Sequence record: KU726251.1
Direction: 5' to 3' (one strand)
Length of the DNA: 64,000 nucleotides
Below the pieces are notes generated by a model that was given only the letters and a program-made list of their open reading frames with translations, searched no databases and was not told the origin of the DNA. Each line of letters starts with the position of its first letter. The stretch's first letter is position 1. The translations under genes and the position numbers were made by a program. Positions 43,297-52,523 of this stretch are shown here, piece after piece.

Positions 43297-44025
43297 GTGG
43301 TCGTGAGCGCCATTGAAACAGCACGTCGTGACGCGACGAAAATTCATGCAGATTTAGTGGACCAAGGCACGGCCACCATCACCAAAGGGGGATGTTACAT
43401 TTACATCCCTGTTGGCTTCGTGGCTAAAGAGCTGGCGGTAATTTCTTCGCAAGTAGAAATCGTCGGTATTTTCGCTATCTCCACTGACCGCAAAACCTAC
43501 GGGGTATCGAACGTCACGACGTTCATTGAAATTACCCCGTCGGCGTTTGAGGAAATTGATGTTCAGGGTGTGCCGTATTACGAGTTCCGTTTTGACCCCG
43601 GCACGGTGGTGTTCCCCAACCGAATGCTGCAGGTGCTATCCTCGCCAGTCTACAACATCGCTTCGTACATCTACGACTTCGGCAACCGGCCTTTCTGGTA
43701 TACCGCAGTAGATGACGCTGAGCTATTGTCTGACACTAAGACGTGGAACGGCTTTACGGTCTTTAACGACCAGATCACCGCTGACTGTTATGCTGCCCAC
43801 ACACAGCGTAAGGTTGGCGACCCGCGGACGTATTTCCGCTACACCCTGAAAAAAGACAGCGATTTGATGAATCGGGTGCAGTTTATTCCGCTGCGTTCAG
43901 GTTCATTGAACAAAACTTCCAGGTTGGCCAAGATTGCAGATGTGGAGCTGAAACAGGGTATCCGTTCTGCACTCCAGGTCGATCCGGTACGTGCAGAGCC
44001 ACTCGAGGATTTGTATATGAGGTAA
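43297..44025 (+). CDS. Virion RNA polymerase beta' C-terminal subunit (phiKZ gp176-like)
   Basis: Immediately upstream of the protease gene; C-terminal IPLRSGSLNKTSRLAKIA..ELKQGI..AL...EPLEDL parallels RpoC region H. Confidence 0.65.
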   Translation: MVVSAIETARRDATKIHADLVDQGTATITKGGCYIYIPVGFVAKELAVISSQVEIVGIFAISTDRKTYGVSNVTTFIEITPSAFEEIDVQGVPYYEFRFDPGTVVFPNRMLQVLSSPVYNIASYIYDFGNRPFWYTAVDDAELLSDTKTWNGFTVFNDQITADCYAAHTQRKVGDPRTYFRYTLKKDSDLMNRVQFIPLRSGSLNKTSRLAKIADVELKQGIRSALQVDPVRAEPLEDLYMR

Positions 44026-44087
44026 CTGAGGTAGGGTTATTGTACGTCCCCAATAACCCGCCTCGGTAATAACAACTGGGGAAACCA

Positions 44088-44891
44088 ATGGAAAACTTGT
44101 CACTACGTTATAACTGCGTGGCACTCGCTGGGGTCAATAAAGGGGCAACGCTAAAGAAAGATGCGGACGGGTATTACTACGTCCTGTTAGGTGCACTGAA
44201 TATTTTCAACTCTGAGAATATTTACTACGCCTATAACGAGTCAAAACATGTCTTCGAGCGCTCTAACGTTTTCATGCGTAAAGTTTTGGCGGGGAATCTC
44301 TTCGGTGAAGAAGACCATCCGCAATACGAACAAGGCATGAGCGAAGCCCAGTGGATCGAACGTAACGAATGGATCGAAACGCGTAACGTGTGTATGCACA
44401 TTCGCGAAGTAGAAGTGAAACCGACCGACCAGATGTGTAACGGTCTGCCGGTGATGGAAATCTGGGGTTGGATTAAACCTAACCGTGAACGTGGTCCGCT
44501 TCTGGCGGAAGCACTAGAGAACCCACATCAGAACGTGTGTTTCTCACTGCGTGCTATCGTTCGTGAAGGTCGTCTGGGTACGACTATCGTACGCCGTATC
44601 GATAAACTGGTCACCTTTGACTGGGTTATTGAAGATGGCCTGCAAATCTGTAACAAATACTCTGCGATTCAACGCGGTAGTAAAGTGGCACAGGAATCTA
44701 CTCGCACTTACGTCGACCGCCCTATCAGTCGTCAAGTGTTGGAAGACATTCTGTACAATCCGACAACGACCAGCGCTGTTGCCACTGAGTCCCGTCGTGG
44801 TGCTCTCCAGCAACTCGCGCAGGAATACCTGCAGCTGGCTCCGAAAGTGTCCAATCTGCGGGTAATGGGCATGGGTGTAAGGAGCTGGTAA
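44088..44891 (+). CDS. Prohead protease (phiKZ gp175-like)
   Basis: GEEDHP (His), FSLR (Ser), TFDWV; C-terminal A-x-E sites (AQE, ATE) consistent with auto-cleavage. Confidence 0.85.
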   Translation: MENLSLRYNCVALAGVNKGATLKKDADGYYYVLLGALNIFNSENIYYAYNESKHVFERSNVFMRKVLAGNLFGEEDHPQYEQGMSEAQWIERNEWIETRNVCMHIREVEVKPTDQMCNGLPVMEIWGWIKPNRERGPLLAEALENPHQNVCFSLRAIVREGRLGTTIVRRIDKLVTFDWVIEDGLQICNKYSAIQRGSKVAQESTRTYVDRPISRQVLEDILYNPTTTSAVATESRRGALQQLAQEYLQLAPKVSNLRVMGMGVRSW

Positions 44892-44895
44892 AAAA

Positions 44896-45525
44896 ATGGC
44901 AGAACATATCGACCCGTCATTAGAGCGGTGGTGTGAACGCCAGATGCCGCACGTCGCCAAAAAGTTGACGTTGCGTAAACTGACTGAACAGCCGCTGCAT
45001 TTAAGCAAGTGTAAGATACCGACGTTTTCGCCGCGTATCCCACTTTCGTGCGCGCCAGATGAAGACAAGACCGTGCCCAGGATTTGCTGCTCGGTAGATT
45101 TAGAGCGAGCGATTAAGGGTGCACGTCACAACTTCTCTGCAATCGAAATACCCACACGATTGTATCTTTACGGTTTTGATGAACGTGATGTAGCGCAGCC
45201 TTCGGTCAACCTGACGCAGGAACCGAATCGGGCGGGTGAAGTATGGATTGTACCGCACCGCATGTCGAACTGGGATATCAAACCGATTTACCTGGGCGAG
45301 ATGCGGTTGTCAGAACTTCGCAACGGCGGCCACGTTTTTGTCTATCACTTAAGTTTCGGACAAGATGTGCGCCTGTCTACCAGTCAACTGCTGAAAGCCG
45401 GCGAATTTTATCGACTGATTATCAGCGTCAACTGGGAGCGCGGTGAAGTTAAGGTCTCGGAGGCGGTCGCCACTGCGCGTACTGCTTTTGATAACGCACT
45501 GAACGAATACGTCGTTACACCGTAG
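44896..45525 (+). CDS. Hypothetical protein, possible ADP-ribosyltransferase-like fold
   Basis: LHLS...FSPRIP...PRICCS...LYLY...GEVWI motif order; fold call is inference. Confidence 0.5.
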   Translation: MAEHIDPSLERWCERQMPHVAKKLTLRKLTEQPLHLSKCKIPTFSPRIPLSCAPDEDKTVPRICCSVDLERAIKGARHNFSAIEIPTRLYLYGFDERDVAQPSVNLTQEPNRAGEVWIVPHRMSNWDIKPIYLGEMRLSELRNGGHVFVYHLSFGQDVRLSTSQLLKAGEFYRLIISVNWERGEVKVSEAVATARTAFDNALNEYVVTP

Positions 45526-45580
45526 TGCCTAGTTCGTGGTCTGCAAATCACAACTAAAAACCACTACAGTAGGGGGACGC

Positions 45581-45880
45581 ATGAAGGTCGTTAACATCGC
45601 AATACCTCCGACCCTTCGTTGTTTGACGCCGGAAGAACTGAAAGCGTTAGCGATCTACGCCATCCAAGGAAAGGCTGGTAAGGAAGTGCTTGCCGAAATC
45701 TTATCGGAACGTTTTGATACAAAACGCAAGGTTAATAACATTATCTCCGGAATCGCGTCGCTAGATATCATGGCACTCTATTGCGACATTAAAGAGGCTG
45801 GAGTGACAATCGACTATCGCCGTACTTACTTTCTACTCACTGAGCCGTATCGTTCGAATATGGCAATAAAGCAAATGTAG
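45581..45880 (+). CDS. Hypothetical protein
   Basis: ATG at 45581 with RBS AGGGGG. Confidence 0.6.
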   Translation: MKVVNIAIPPTLRCLTPEELKALAIYAIQGKAGKEVLAEILSERFDTKRKVNNIISGIASLDIMALYCDIKEAGVTIDYRRTYFLLTEPYRSNMAIKQM

Positions 45881-45933
45881 TTTTTTACATGACGTTGGTT
45901 TCATGTGTTGGGGAACAAAATAAGGACAAGAAA

Positions 45934-46482
45934 ATGTTTTATCTGGATAGCGATGGCGTTTTTGCACGCTGGCGTAAATACGTTTTATCCACACATTTTC
46001 CCGGAATGACGATTAAAGAGTTTAACGCATTACCTGAACTCCGCCGTCGTAGTTTGGTTCGTTCGATGTATCAGAACGATCCTGACCTGTTTTACAAACT
46101 CGAACCAATTGAGGGTGTAGAGCGAATCCTGGAAACGGTAGATAGACTTTGCGACAGTTGGGCAATACTCACCTCTGGGTCAGAAGATCACTACGACCAC
46201 CAATTGGTTGTGGATTCAAAACAACGGTGGTTCATGAAGCACTTTGGGGTACCAGCTGACAAAGTCATCGTCACCGAAAGTTCAGGGCAGAAGAAAGCTT
46301 ACGCCTCGCGAGGTAATTTGCTTGTCGACGATTATGGTCGTAACTGTCGAGAATGGATTTTGCAAGGTGGCGCGGCAATATGGTCGCGAACTGAAGAACC
46401 GAACATTGATGGCATTTGCCTCCAGTGTGAAGCGTTCTACAATGACCCGATTACTCACTCGGGGACACTACTGCAAGTCTAA
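45934..46482 (+). CDS. HAD-family 5'(3')-deoxyribonucleotidase-like phosphatase
   Basis: YLDSDGVFA (DxD), ILTS, QKK, LLVDD. Confidence 0.85.
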   Translation: MFYLDSDGVFARWRKYVLSTHFPGMTIKEFNALPELRRRSLVRSMYQNDPDLFYKLEPIEGVERILETVDRLCDSWAILTSGSEDHYDHQLVVDSKQRWFMKHFGVPADKVIVTESSGQKKAYASRGNLLVDDYGRNCREWILQGGAAIWSRTEEPNIDGICLQCEAFYNDPITHSGTLLQV

Positions 46483-46490
46483 GCTCCACT

Positions 46491-46535
46491 AGGCTCATCC
46501 TATCTTCGGATACGGGTGAGCCTTTTTATTTTATT
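46491..46535 (+). terminator. Intrinsic terminator
   Basis: AGGCTCATCC-TATC-TTCG-GATA-C-GGGTGAGCCT followed by a T-tract. Confidence 0.8.
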
Positions 46536-46543
46536 AATTGCAT

Positions 46544-46572
46544 TCAAAAAGAACTGAGATATATATTACTTA
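46544..46572 (+). promoter_or_regulatory. Candidate early promoter, copy 3
   Basis: TCAAAAAGAACTGAGATATATATTACTTA, contains TATTAC (described phiKZ early promoter core), directly after a terminator. Confidence 0.7.
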
Positions 46573-46628
46573 GGTGAGCGTTACACGTTAACGCTTTAAT
46601 CGACTATTACCCAGAAGGAGTATTTACA

Positions 46629-47027
46629 ATGACTAACCAACTACGCCAAGACCCCTTTGTTGCCATGATGCTTTGTGCTAAAGCCGAGAGCAACGAAGCC
46701 GATTTAATTCGTCTGTTGACTGATGACGAATACCTTATCGCTGAGCGCGATAAACGTTTAAAAGAACTCTACAAGCCAGAAACCGGTGAATCGCTCGACA
46801 ATCAAAACGCCTGGAAGTTTCTTATTCTCATTGCTGATGAAAAGTGGCGAGCAGAAAATCCCATCGTCTGTGATATTACAGACCTGCCTTACAAATACGG
46901 CGGACTCATCACCAGCGACCTGCATCTTAAAGCGTACTTTGATGGCGAAGCAATACAAGAGCTGCAAGATGTTCTTATTACAGCAACGAACACTTTGAGA
47001 CGTTTGCGCGCCGAGCAGCTGATCTGA
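46629..47027 (+). CDS. Hypothetical protein (candidate early gene)
   Basis: 132 aa with RBS AAGGAG, first gene after the candidate promoter. Confidence 0.7.
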   Translation: MTNQLRQDPFVAMMLCAKAESNEADLIRLLTDDEYLIAERDKRLKELYKPETGESLDNQNAWKFLILIADEKWRAENPIVCDITDLPYKYGGLITSDLHLKAYFDGEAIQELQDVLITATNTLRRLRAEQLI

Positions 47028-47081
47028 TCTCTCAAAAATAACGAATCGTACAAATCCTTTGACTGTGTAGGAAGGAATAAA

Positions 47082-47471
47082 ATGAAAATCGCAGAGGGGT
47101 TGGTAGATGCGTGCAGAGATCCATTTACGCTATGGGTTCTTTGTGGCTTGCGCCGAGACGATCGTTTCGGTGAGTTTGTTCGAAATCCAGATGCTTTACT
47201 AAGCTTCGTAGAAAGCGAGGAGAAGCGTTTAGAGGAGATTAAGGAGGAAAGTAGTACCCTTACACCAGATATGGTGGTTTATAGCCGTATGACGTCACAC
47301 AGGTGGCGTACGACCCATCGGCTGAAGGGAACCTCAATGAAGGAATTGATTGAAGGGTTATCAAAGGCGCTTTCGTCTGATAACATTATCTGGCCGGTGA
47401 TGTATACCAACGAAGACCATTCTGATAACGCGAAGGTTACACTGACACGTTGTTATCACACATTCTCGTAG
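47082..47471 (+). CDS. Hypothetical protein
   Basis: 129 aa with RBS AAGGA. Confidence 0.65.
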   Translation: MKIAEGLVDACRDPFTLWVLCGLRRDDRFGEFVRNPDALLSFVESEEKRLEEIKEESSTLTPDMVVYSRMTSHRWRTTHRLKGTSMKELIEGLSKALSSDNIIWPVMYTNEDHSDNAKVTLTRCYHTFS

Positions 47472-47505
47472 TAGTTAATCGACCATTATCGTAAGGAATA
47501 TTTAC

Positions 47506-48177
47506 ATGCAGGGCACTGAACTCAACAAACTTTGGGAAAAACTGGTTCGTCAATTCCGCGACTTCTATCGTTATACCGATAGTGCGCATCGCATGGATCA
47601 CATCAACTCAGTTAAATCAAATGCGATTCGTATCGCGTATATGCTTGGGCAAACCGAACACCTGAAGCTGATACTGATTGCGGTGGCAGCTCACGATATC
47701 TTCTCTACCAAAGAAGACCGTGCGTCACACCACATCAAAGGATACAGCTGGATACTGGATAACAAACCAGTGCTCAAACGTAAGTATAAACTTACCGATG
47801 ATGAATGTTTGACGATCGCCCATGCGGTCTTAGAACACCGCAGTTCTCACAAAGGGAACTACAACGGGATTGTCTCTGAGATAGTTGCCGCAGCTGACCG
47901 TGGTATACCGTCTGTAGATGACGTGAGCAATTACATGCACCGTTCTTATCTGTTTGCCCGTGAGCAGGGTAAAAGTAAAGGTGATGCAAAATTCCATGCC
48001 GTTAGTCATGTCCAACAGAAGTTCGGACGCAACGGCGTTAGTAATGTCCCTAGTTGGTACGGTACGCTCTTCGCAGAGCGCATTCTGGAACGCAGGGATT
48101 TCGTGGAGCAGCTAGATATTAGCTATTTCACAGATACCATTATCGACGACCTCGAAGCTCGTCTTTCACACGATTAA
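47506..48177 (+). CDS. HD-domain phosphohydrolase
   Basis: AHRMDH, AAHDI, HHIKG, LEHRS, AADR. Confidence 0.85.
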   Translation: MQGTELNKLWEKLVRQFRDFYRYTDSAHRMDHINSVKSNAIRIAYMLGQTEHLKLILIAVAAHDIFSTKEDRASHHIKGYSWILDNKPVLKRKYKLTDDECLTIAHAVLEHRSSHKGNYNGIVSEIVAAADRGIPSVDDVSNYMHRSYLFAREQGKSKGDAKFHAVSHVQQKFGRNGVSNVPSWYGTLFAERILERRDFVEQLDISYFTDTIIDDLEARLSHD

Positions 48178-48203
48178 TCACACTGACCTTAAGGAATATT
48201 AAG

Positions 48204-48692
48204 ATGGCTGAAGTAACTTCAATGAAAGCACTGCACAAACTGATCGCTGAACTGGACACGCCGGCAGCAACCCTGTCCGAAGACCTGGCGCTGAACGCTG
48301 ACCCGCTGGTTAAGATTTACGAAGAAACACTCCCCGTAACGAAAGTTGGGGATGTGGACTATCGCTTCACACTGGAAGACGCTGACGCTCTGCGACAGCA
48401 CGACGCAAACTTCACTGAACTGTTCGGTGGCGTTGCCGGTGGTCTGATTGCTGACCGTGCAAAAGCGGATAGCGAAATCGGTGCACTGGACTTAACGCTC
48501 GATATCGGTAACGCAGCATTCTCTACCGTGTTCTCTCGCCCGGTTACTGAAAACCCAACTCAGAAAGAATGGGCAGCGTCCATCTCTTACGGTTTCGGTT
48601 CTCCGAAGTCTAAAGCGTTGGAAGGCAAGCTGCGTAAAGAGTTTGCCAAGTCCATGATGGCAACCGATGAAGAAGACGAAGACGACGAATAA
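48204..48692 (+). CDS. Hypothetical acidic protein
   Basis: 162 aa with RBS AAGGA and C-terminal DEEDEDDE. Confidence 0.75.
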   Translation: MAEVTSMKALHKLIAELDTPAATLSEDLALNADPLVKIYEETLPVTKVGDVDYRFTLEDADALRQHDANFTELFGGVAGGLIADRAKADSEIGALDLTLDIGNAAFSTVFSRPVTENPTQKEWAASISYGFGSPKSKALEGKLRKEFAKSMMATDEEDEDDE

Positions 48693-48895
48693 TGATTCCG
48701 TCCAGCCCAAAGGAACTCGCTGAGCTACTCGGGGCTAAAGTGGAATGTCATCCTAATGTGAATCCTGCTACTGGGTTACGTTGGGATGGCACCATTGCGT
48801 CACACGAGGAAATCGGTCTCACCGTCACCTTCCCTAAACCTATGCCGAAGCCGCTGCAGTTAGAAGGGCTTGCTTCGCTATACGGTCGGAAGTAG
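48692..48895 (+). CDS. Small hypothetical protein
   Basis: TAATG coupling to the upstream gene. Confidence 0.6.
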   Translation: MIPSSPKELAELLGAKVECHPNVNPATGLRWDGTIASHEEIGLTVTFPKPMPKPLQLEGLASLYGRK

Positions 48896-48904
48896 TAAAC
48901 AATG

Positions 48905-48934
48905 GGGTGGTCTTATGACTGCCCTATTTTTTTT
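48905..48934 (+). terminator. Intrinsic terminator
   Basis: GGGTGGTC-TTAT-GACTGCCC followed by a T-tract. Confidence 0.7.
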
Positions 48935-48949
48935 GATTTTGGAGCTACA

Positions 48950-49492
48950 ATGAAGCAACTTAATACTCTCGGTCAGGACGATATCAAACCGATTCCATCT
49001 GATATGAAACGTGAAGACATTATCCGCCACATCAATCAGATCGGTGACGTGTTTACATTGTCCATGAAAGCTATACTGGAAGATGCTTTCGAAACCATTG
49101 CCGAATATCCGGTTGAGATTATTCCGCACACCATCAACGGCTACCAACGTTTTCTCGACACGATCACCAAAGGTAGTAGCGGTCGTATTATCGCGGGCTT
49201 TATCATCCGCTTTAAGTGCCTGTTGCAAGTAGAGCTGGGTGACGATGTACTCCGTCGGCTGGAACACGAACTCATTAGCATGTCCGCCAACGACATTCTC
49301 GCGGCAGAATCAGGACAAGGTTATAAAGACGGGATGTCTCTCTGGAAGATTGCCCACCCCGACTTGGGCGATGTTCAACCGCCGTCTGAATTCGATGTGC
49401 TCGTAACCTATCTATTATTGCTGCAAATCAAGAACTTGCTGATTCGTGCCAATGCGCAGCGTGAGATCGATGCTGGCCAACCGAAAAAATAA
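48950..49492 (+). CDS. Hypothetical protein
   Basis: ATG at 48950 with RBS GGAG. Confidence 0.7.
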   Translation: MKQLNTLGQDDIKPIPSDMKREDIIRHINQIGDVFTLSMKAILEDAFETIAEYPVEIIPHTINGYQRFLDTITKGSSGRIIAGFIIRFKCLLQVELGDDVLRRLEHELISMSANDILAAESGQGYKDGMSLWKIAHPDLGDVQPPSEFDVLVTYLLLLQIKNLLIRANAQREIDAGQPKK

Positions 49493-49496
49493 AACG

Positions 49497-49541
49497 TACC
49501 TCTCTCCAAATGGAGAGAGGTAACGCTTGTTTTTTTTTGTC
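49497..49541. terminator. Bidirectional intrinsic terminator
   Basis: TACCTCTCTCC-AAAT-GGAGAGAGGTA with flanking A- and T-tracts. Confidence 0.85.
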
Positions 49542-50417
49542 TTAGCGCATCTGGTTGGCCATCTGCTCGTCGGAGACAGAGTTGTAACCACCTGGGGTTG
49601 CGTTGACGTCCGGGTTGATACCGTCGGTCTGCTGAGACGGAGTAAGCCACAGTTTGCGTTCGTAAGGACGCAGACCGTACAGCTTCATACGATCCAGCTC
49701 TTTCGCAGCGGCCTGCATCGGACCCCAACCTGTCCATTGCTGGGAGGTAAAGGCGATTGACAGTTCGTTAATCTGCGGACCGGTGTTGGTTTCACGCTCA
49801 CCGATATCCTGGCCAGCGGTTTCCGGAATCATGTTCGTTAACCACCACGCATTCTGCGGTTTACGCTGATATGCATCCGGTTCGATGAACAGCACGGTCA
49901 TGCTGTACATATCCGGCAGGTGGTCAGGAACGTTCGGGTTGATTGCGGCCAGACCTGGGTGACCAGTCTGGGGATCGCAAACACCGTAAACCAGCCACGC
50001 CCACAGCATGTTCTGGTACACCTTCCCGAGTTTATCCGGGGTGGTGAAGGTAACAGAGGACAGTGCTTCCGTTACCAGACCAGCTTCATACTGGGTACGG
50101 TTGTTACGACCCTGCTGAGTTTCAACAGCCGCATGGCTCAGGGTTTTATCCAGGCCAGTAATCTCGGAGTGAACCTCGATAAAGGACTTGATAGCCTGAC
50201 GCCACATCTGCGGGTTCGGCATGTAATCCACCCAACGAGGGAATTCCATGACGCGCGCAATGACGTTACGACGCAGACGAGAGGCGTTAGTAACGAACTT
50301 GCCAACCTGTCCAACCGGGCCGTTTTGGCCCGAGGAGAACGCGTTGACCATATCGTACTGGCCGCCGTCGACGTGCAGACCCTGATCAGGCAAAATGAGA
50401 CGATCTTTGATTGCCAT
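49542..50417 (-). CDS. Tail tube protein (phiKZ-family)
   Basis: 291 aa, directly downstream of the sheath gene, highly biased codons; synteny. Confidence 0.75.
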   Translation of the reverse strand: MAIKDRLILPDQGLHVDGGQYDMVNAFSSGQNGPVGQVGKFVTNASRLRRNVIARVMEFPRWVDYMPNPQMWRQAIKSFIEVHSEITGLDKTLSHAAVETQQGRNNRTQYEAGLVTEALSSVTFTTPDKLGKVYQNMLWAWLVYGVCDPQTGHPGLAAINPNVPDHLPDMYSMTVLFIEPDAYQRKPQNAWWLTNMIPETAGQDIGERETNTGPQINELSIAFTSQQWTGWGPMQAAAKELDRMKLYGLRPYERKLWLTPSQQTDGINPDVNATPGGYNSVSDEQMANQMR

Positions 50418-50420
50418 CTA

Positions 50421-52466
50421 TTAGCTCTCCCGACGGTAAACTTTGATAGTGGTGTTGAACTGGGTGAGCAGCACACCGCCTTCAGCGATCAGGTCCAGCG
50501 TCACAGAGTAACCATTGGATTTATCGTCTGCAGTGAAGTACGCCTTCGGAGTGACGACAGCAACGTTATCGAGACGGCCTTCCAGACGTTCGATAATTTT
50601 GTTCTCAATCATCTTCGCACGTTCATCATCTGTCATGGCCGCTTCGCCAGACATGTCCGCCCATACACGGTCGGAAACACGATAGACGTAGGTCATCATG
50701 AAGTTGAACAGGGCGTTGTTCAGTACAGAACGATCTTCGCTGTAGATTGACTGAATCGCCGGAATGAACAAGCGATAGTAGTCGTAGGAACGGGCAGTGA
50801 TCAGCGACACATCCCAGTCAGATGCATACACTTCGTTGCCTTTCCACGGCATACTCAGGTCAGTCAGATCTTCGATAATCGTCAGTTCGCCACGGCTGAA
50901 ACGATAAGCCGGTTTTGCACGACCTTCAGCAGCACCCAGGTACTTCGAGAAGAAGTTCGCCAGGGAATAGTTCATCGGAACAGGCTTCTTGTAGGAAGAG
51001 TTCTTGATGAACGCCGATTGGCCAGTGACCATACCACGTGCAGCCGGAGTGCCGTAATAGGCAGATTCCGGTACCGCTGTGATCAATTCGATCAGGGCGA
51101 TTTTTGCACTTTCTTCTGCCTGCTCATCGTTACGGCCTTGGCTGTAAACGTGAGTCGCCAGCGTCAAGAAGGTGTTACGTGAACGACCGATGAAGTTCAC
51201 GAGCGCAGCTTTAGTATCGAAGCTAAAGCCGGAGTCCCAGAAACAACCCAGCGAGTATTTCAGCTCGTTGTCGTAACGGACTTTACCGCCATCCGGGAAC
51301 AGCAACATTTCACGGCGAACGAGTTCGTCGTAAACATCGTTGTTCATGGTACCATCGCTACCACCTTGCAGGTAGTGGATGTTGGATGAGGAGAACACAA
51401 CTTTACCGGTTTCAGTAGCCGGGTTTACCTGAAGACCATCGTAAGGCTGGCCCAGTAAATCATAGCCGCCAAAGATGTCAACCATATACGGGTCAGTAGG
51501 CGCTTCAGTCGTGATAGCGGCCTGAGCCAATCCCAGTACAGTTTCCAGGTTCTCGCGATACAGATAGAACTGCTCGAAAGGACCATAATCTGGCAGCTCG
51601 CCAATGTCAGGCATCGTCTGACGATATGCATCTGCAACAACAACTTCGAAGTCGAGTTGCGTTCTCATCGGCTGATAGTATGCATCGGGCTTAAAGCTAA
51701 AATTGATGCTACTCATGCCAGTGAGAGTTTTCCACACTACCGGAGAAGTCACACCTGCCAGGGTTTCGAACCATTGCAGGGTGTAAACACGACCACCGAC
51801 TTCATTTTGATAGGAGGAGGTCAGAGCCGGGCTGGATTTCTCGCTGAGTGGGATCAGTTTGAAACCGAAACCGTTGACGTCAGCACCCGCATACGGGCCT
51901 GCGATATCGAACAACGGATACAGCTTCGATTTCGTGCCGCCTTCGCCAGTCATCGTCCCCTCGATAACCACACCTGCGCCGATGGCCGGGGTAGTTTCGT
52001 CGATTACGACAGAACGGAAGACGATTACCAAACCGTCAACTTGTTCTTTGATCTTGGGCTTGCCCGAGTTGTCGTACTGAACGATCCCGTTGCTGTCGCG
52101 TTCGTAGGACGGAACTTTCGTTTCGAGTACGTCGGCGAATACGCGAACACTTGCGGTTTTCGCATCTTCAGGGATCAAGCGCTGATACATACACTCGTTT
52201 GCGTTAGCGTTGAACATCGCCTGATAGGGCGTGTTGAACGTCGCGTAGGGGCCTCGCAAGTCAAAGACATTGCGACCAAGCAGAGACAGTGCATTATCCC
52301 CGGTTAACGGGAACGCCTCGTTGTCTACCCCGCGCGCGGCAAAGGTGAAGATCAGCGGCTTATGAATTGCGTCACCCGTAGGGGTACGCACAAGCTCGGG
52401 GACAGAGTTATCCTGCCAACCTTGCTTGTTATTCAACGGCGCGCCGTTTCGTGGAATAAAAGTCAT
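50421..52466 (-). CDS. Tail sheath protein (phiKZ-family)
   Basis: 681 aa; FWDSGF...K..L, YGTPAARG and C-terminal sheath-like region; synteny. Confidence 0.8.
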   Translation of the reverse strand: MTFIPRNGAPLNNKQGWQDNSVPELVRTPTGDAIHKPLIFTFAARGVDNEAFPLTGDNALSLLGRNVFDLRGPYATFNTPYQAMFNANANECMYQRLIPEDAKTASVRVFADVLETKVPSYERDSNGIVQYDNSGKPKIKEQVDGLVIVFRSVVIDETTPAIGAGVVIEGTMTGEGGTKSKLYPLFDIAGPYAGADVNGFGFKLIPLSEKSSPALTSSYQNEVGGRVYTLQWFETLAGVTSPVVWKTLTGMSSINFSFKPDAYYQPMRTQLDFEVVVADAYRQTMPDIGELPDYGPFEQFYLYRENLETVLGLAQAAITTEAPTDPYMVDIFGGYDLLGQPYDGLQVNPATETGKVVFSSSNIHYLQGGSDGTMNNDVYDELVRREMLLFPDGGKVRYDNELKYSLGCFWDSGFSFDTKAALVNFIGRSRNTFLTLATHVYSQGRNDEQAEESAKIALIELITAVPESAYYGTPAARGMVTGQSAFIKNSSYKKPVPMNYSLANFFSKYLGAAEGRAKPAYRFSRGELTIIEDLTDLSMPWKGNEVYASDWDVSLITARSYDYYRLFIPAIQSIYSEDRSVLNNALFNFMMTYVYRVSDRVWADMSGEAAMTDDERAKMIENKIIERLEGRLDNVAVVTPKAYFTADDKSNGYSVTLDLIAEGGVLLTQFNTTIKVYRRES

Positions 52467-52523
52467 GGAACGTCTCCATATATTCGTCTTAAAGACCTGA
52501 TGGTCATACTAAGGATCATACTC

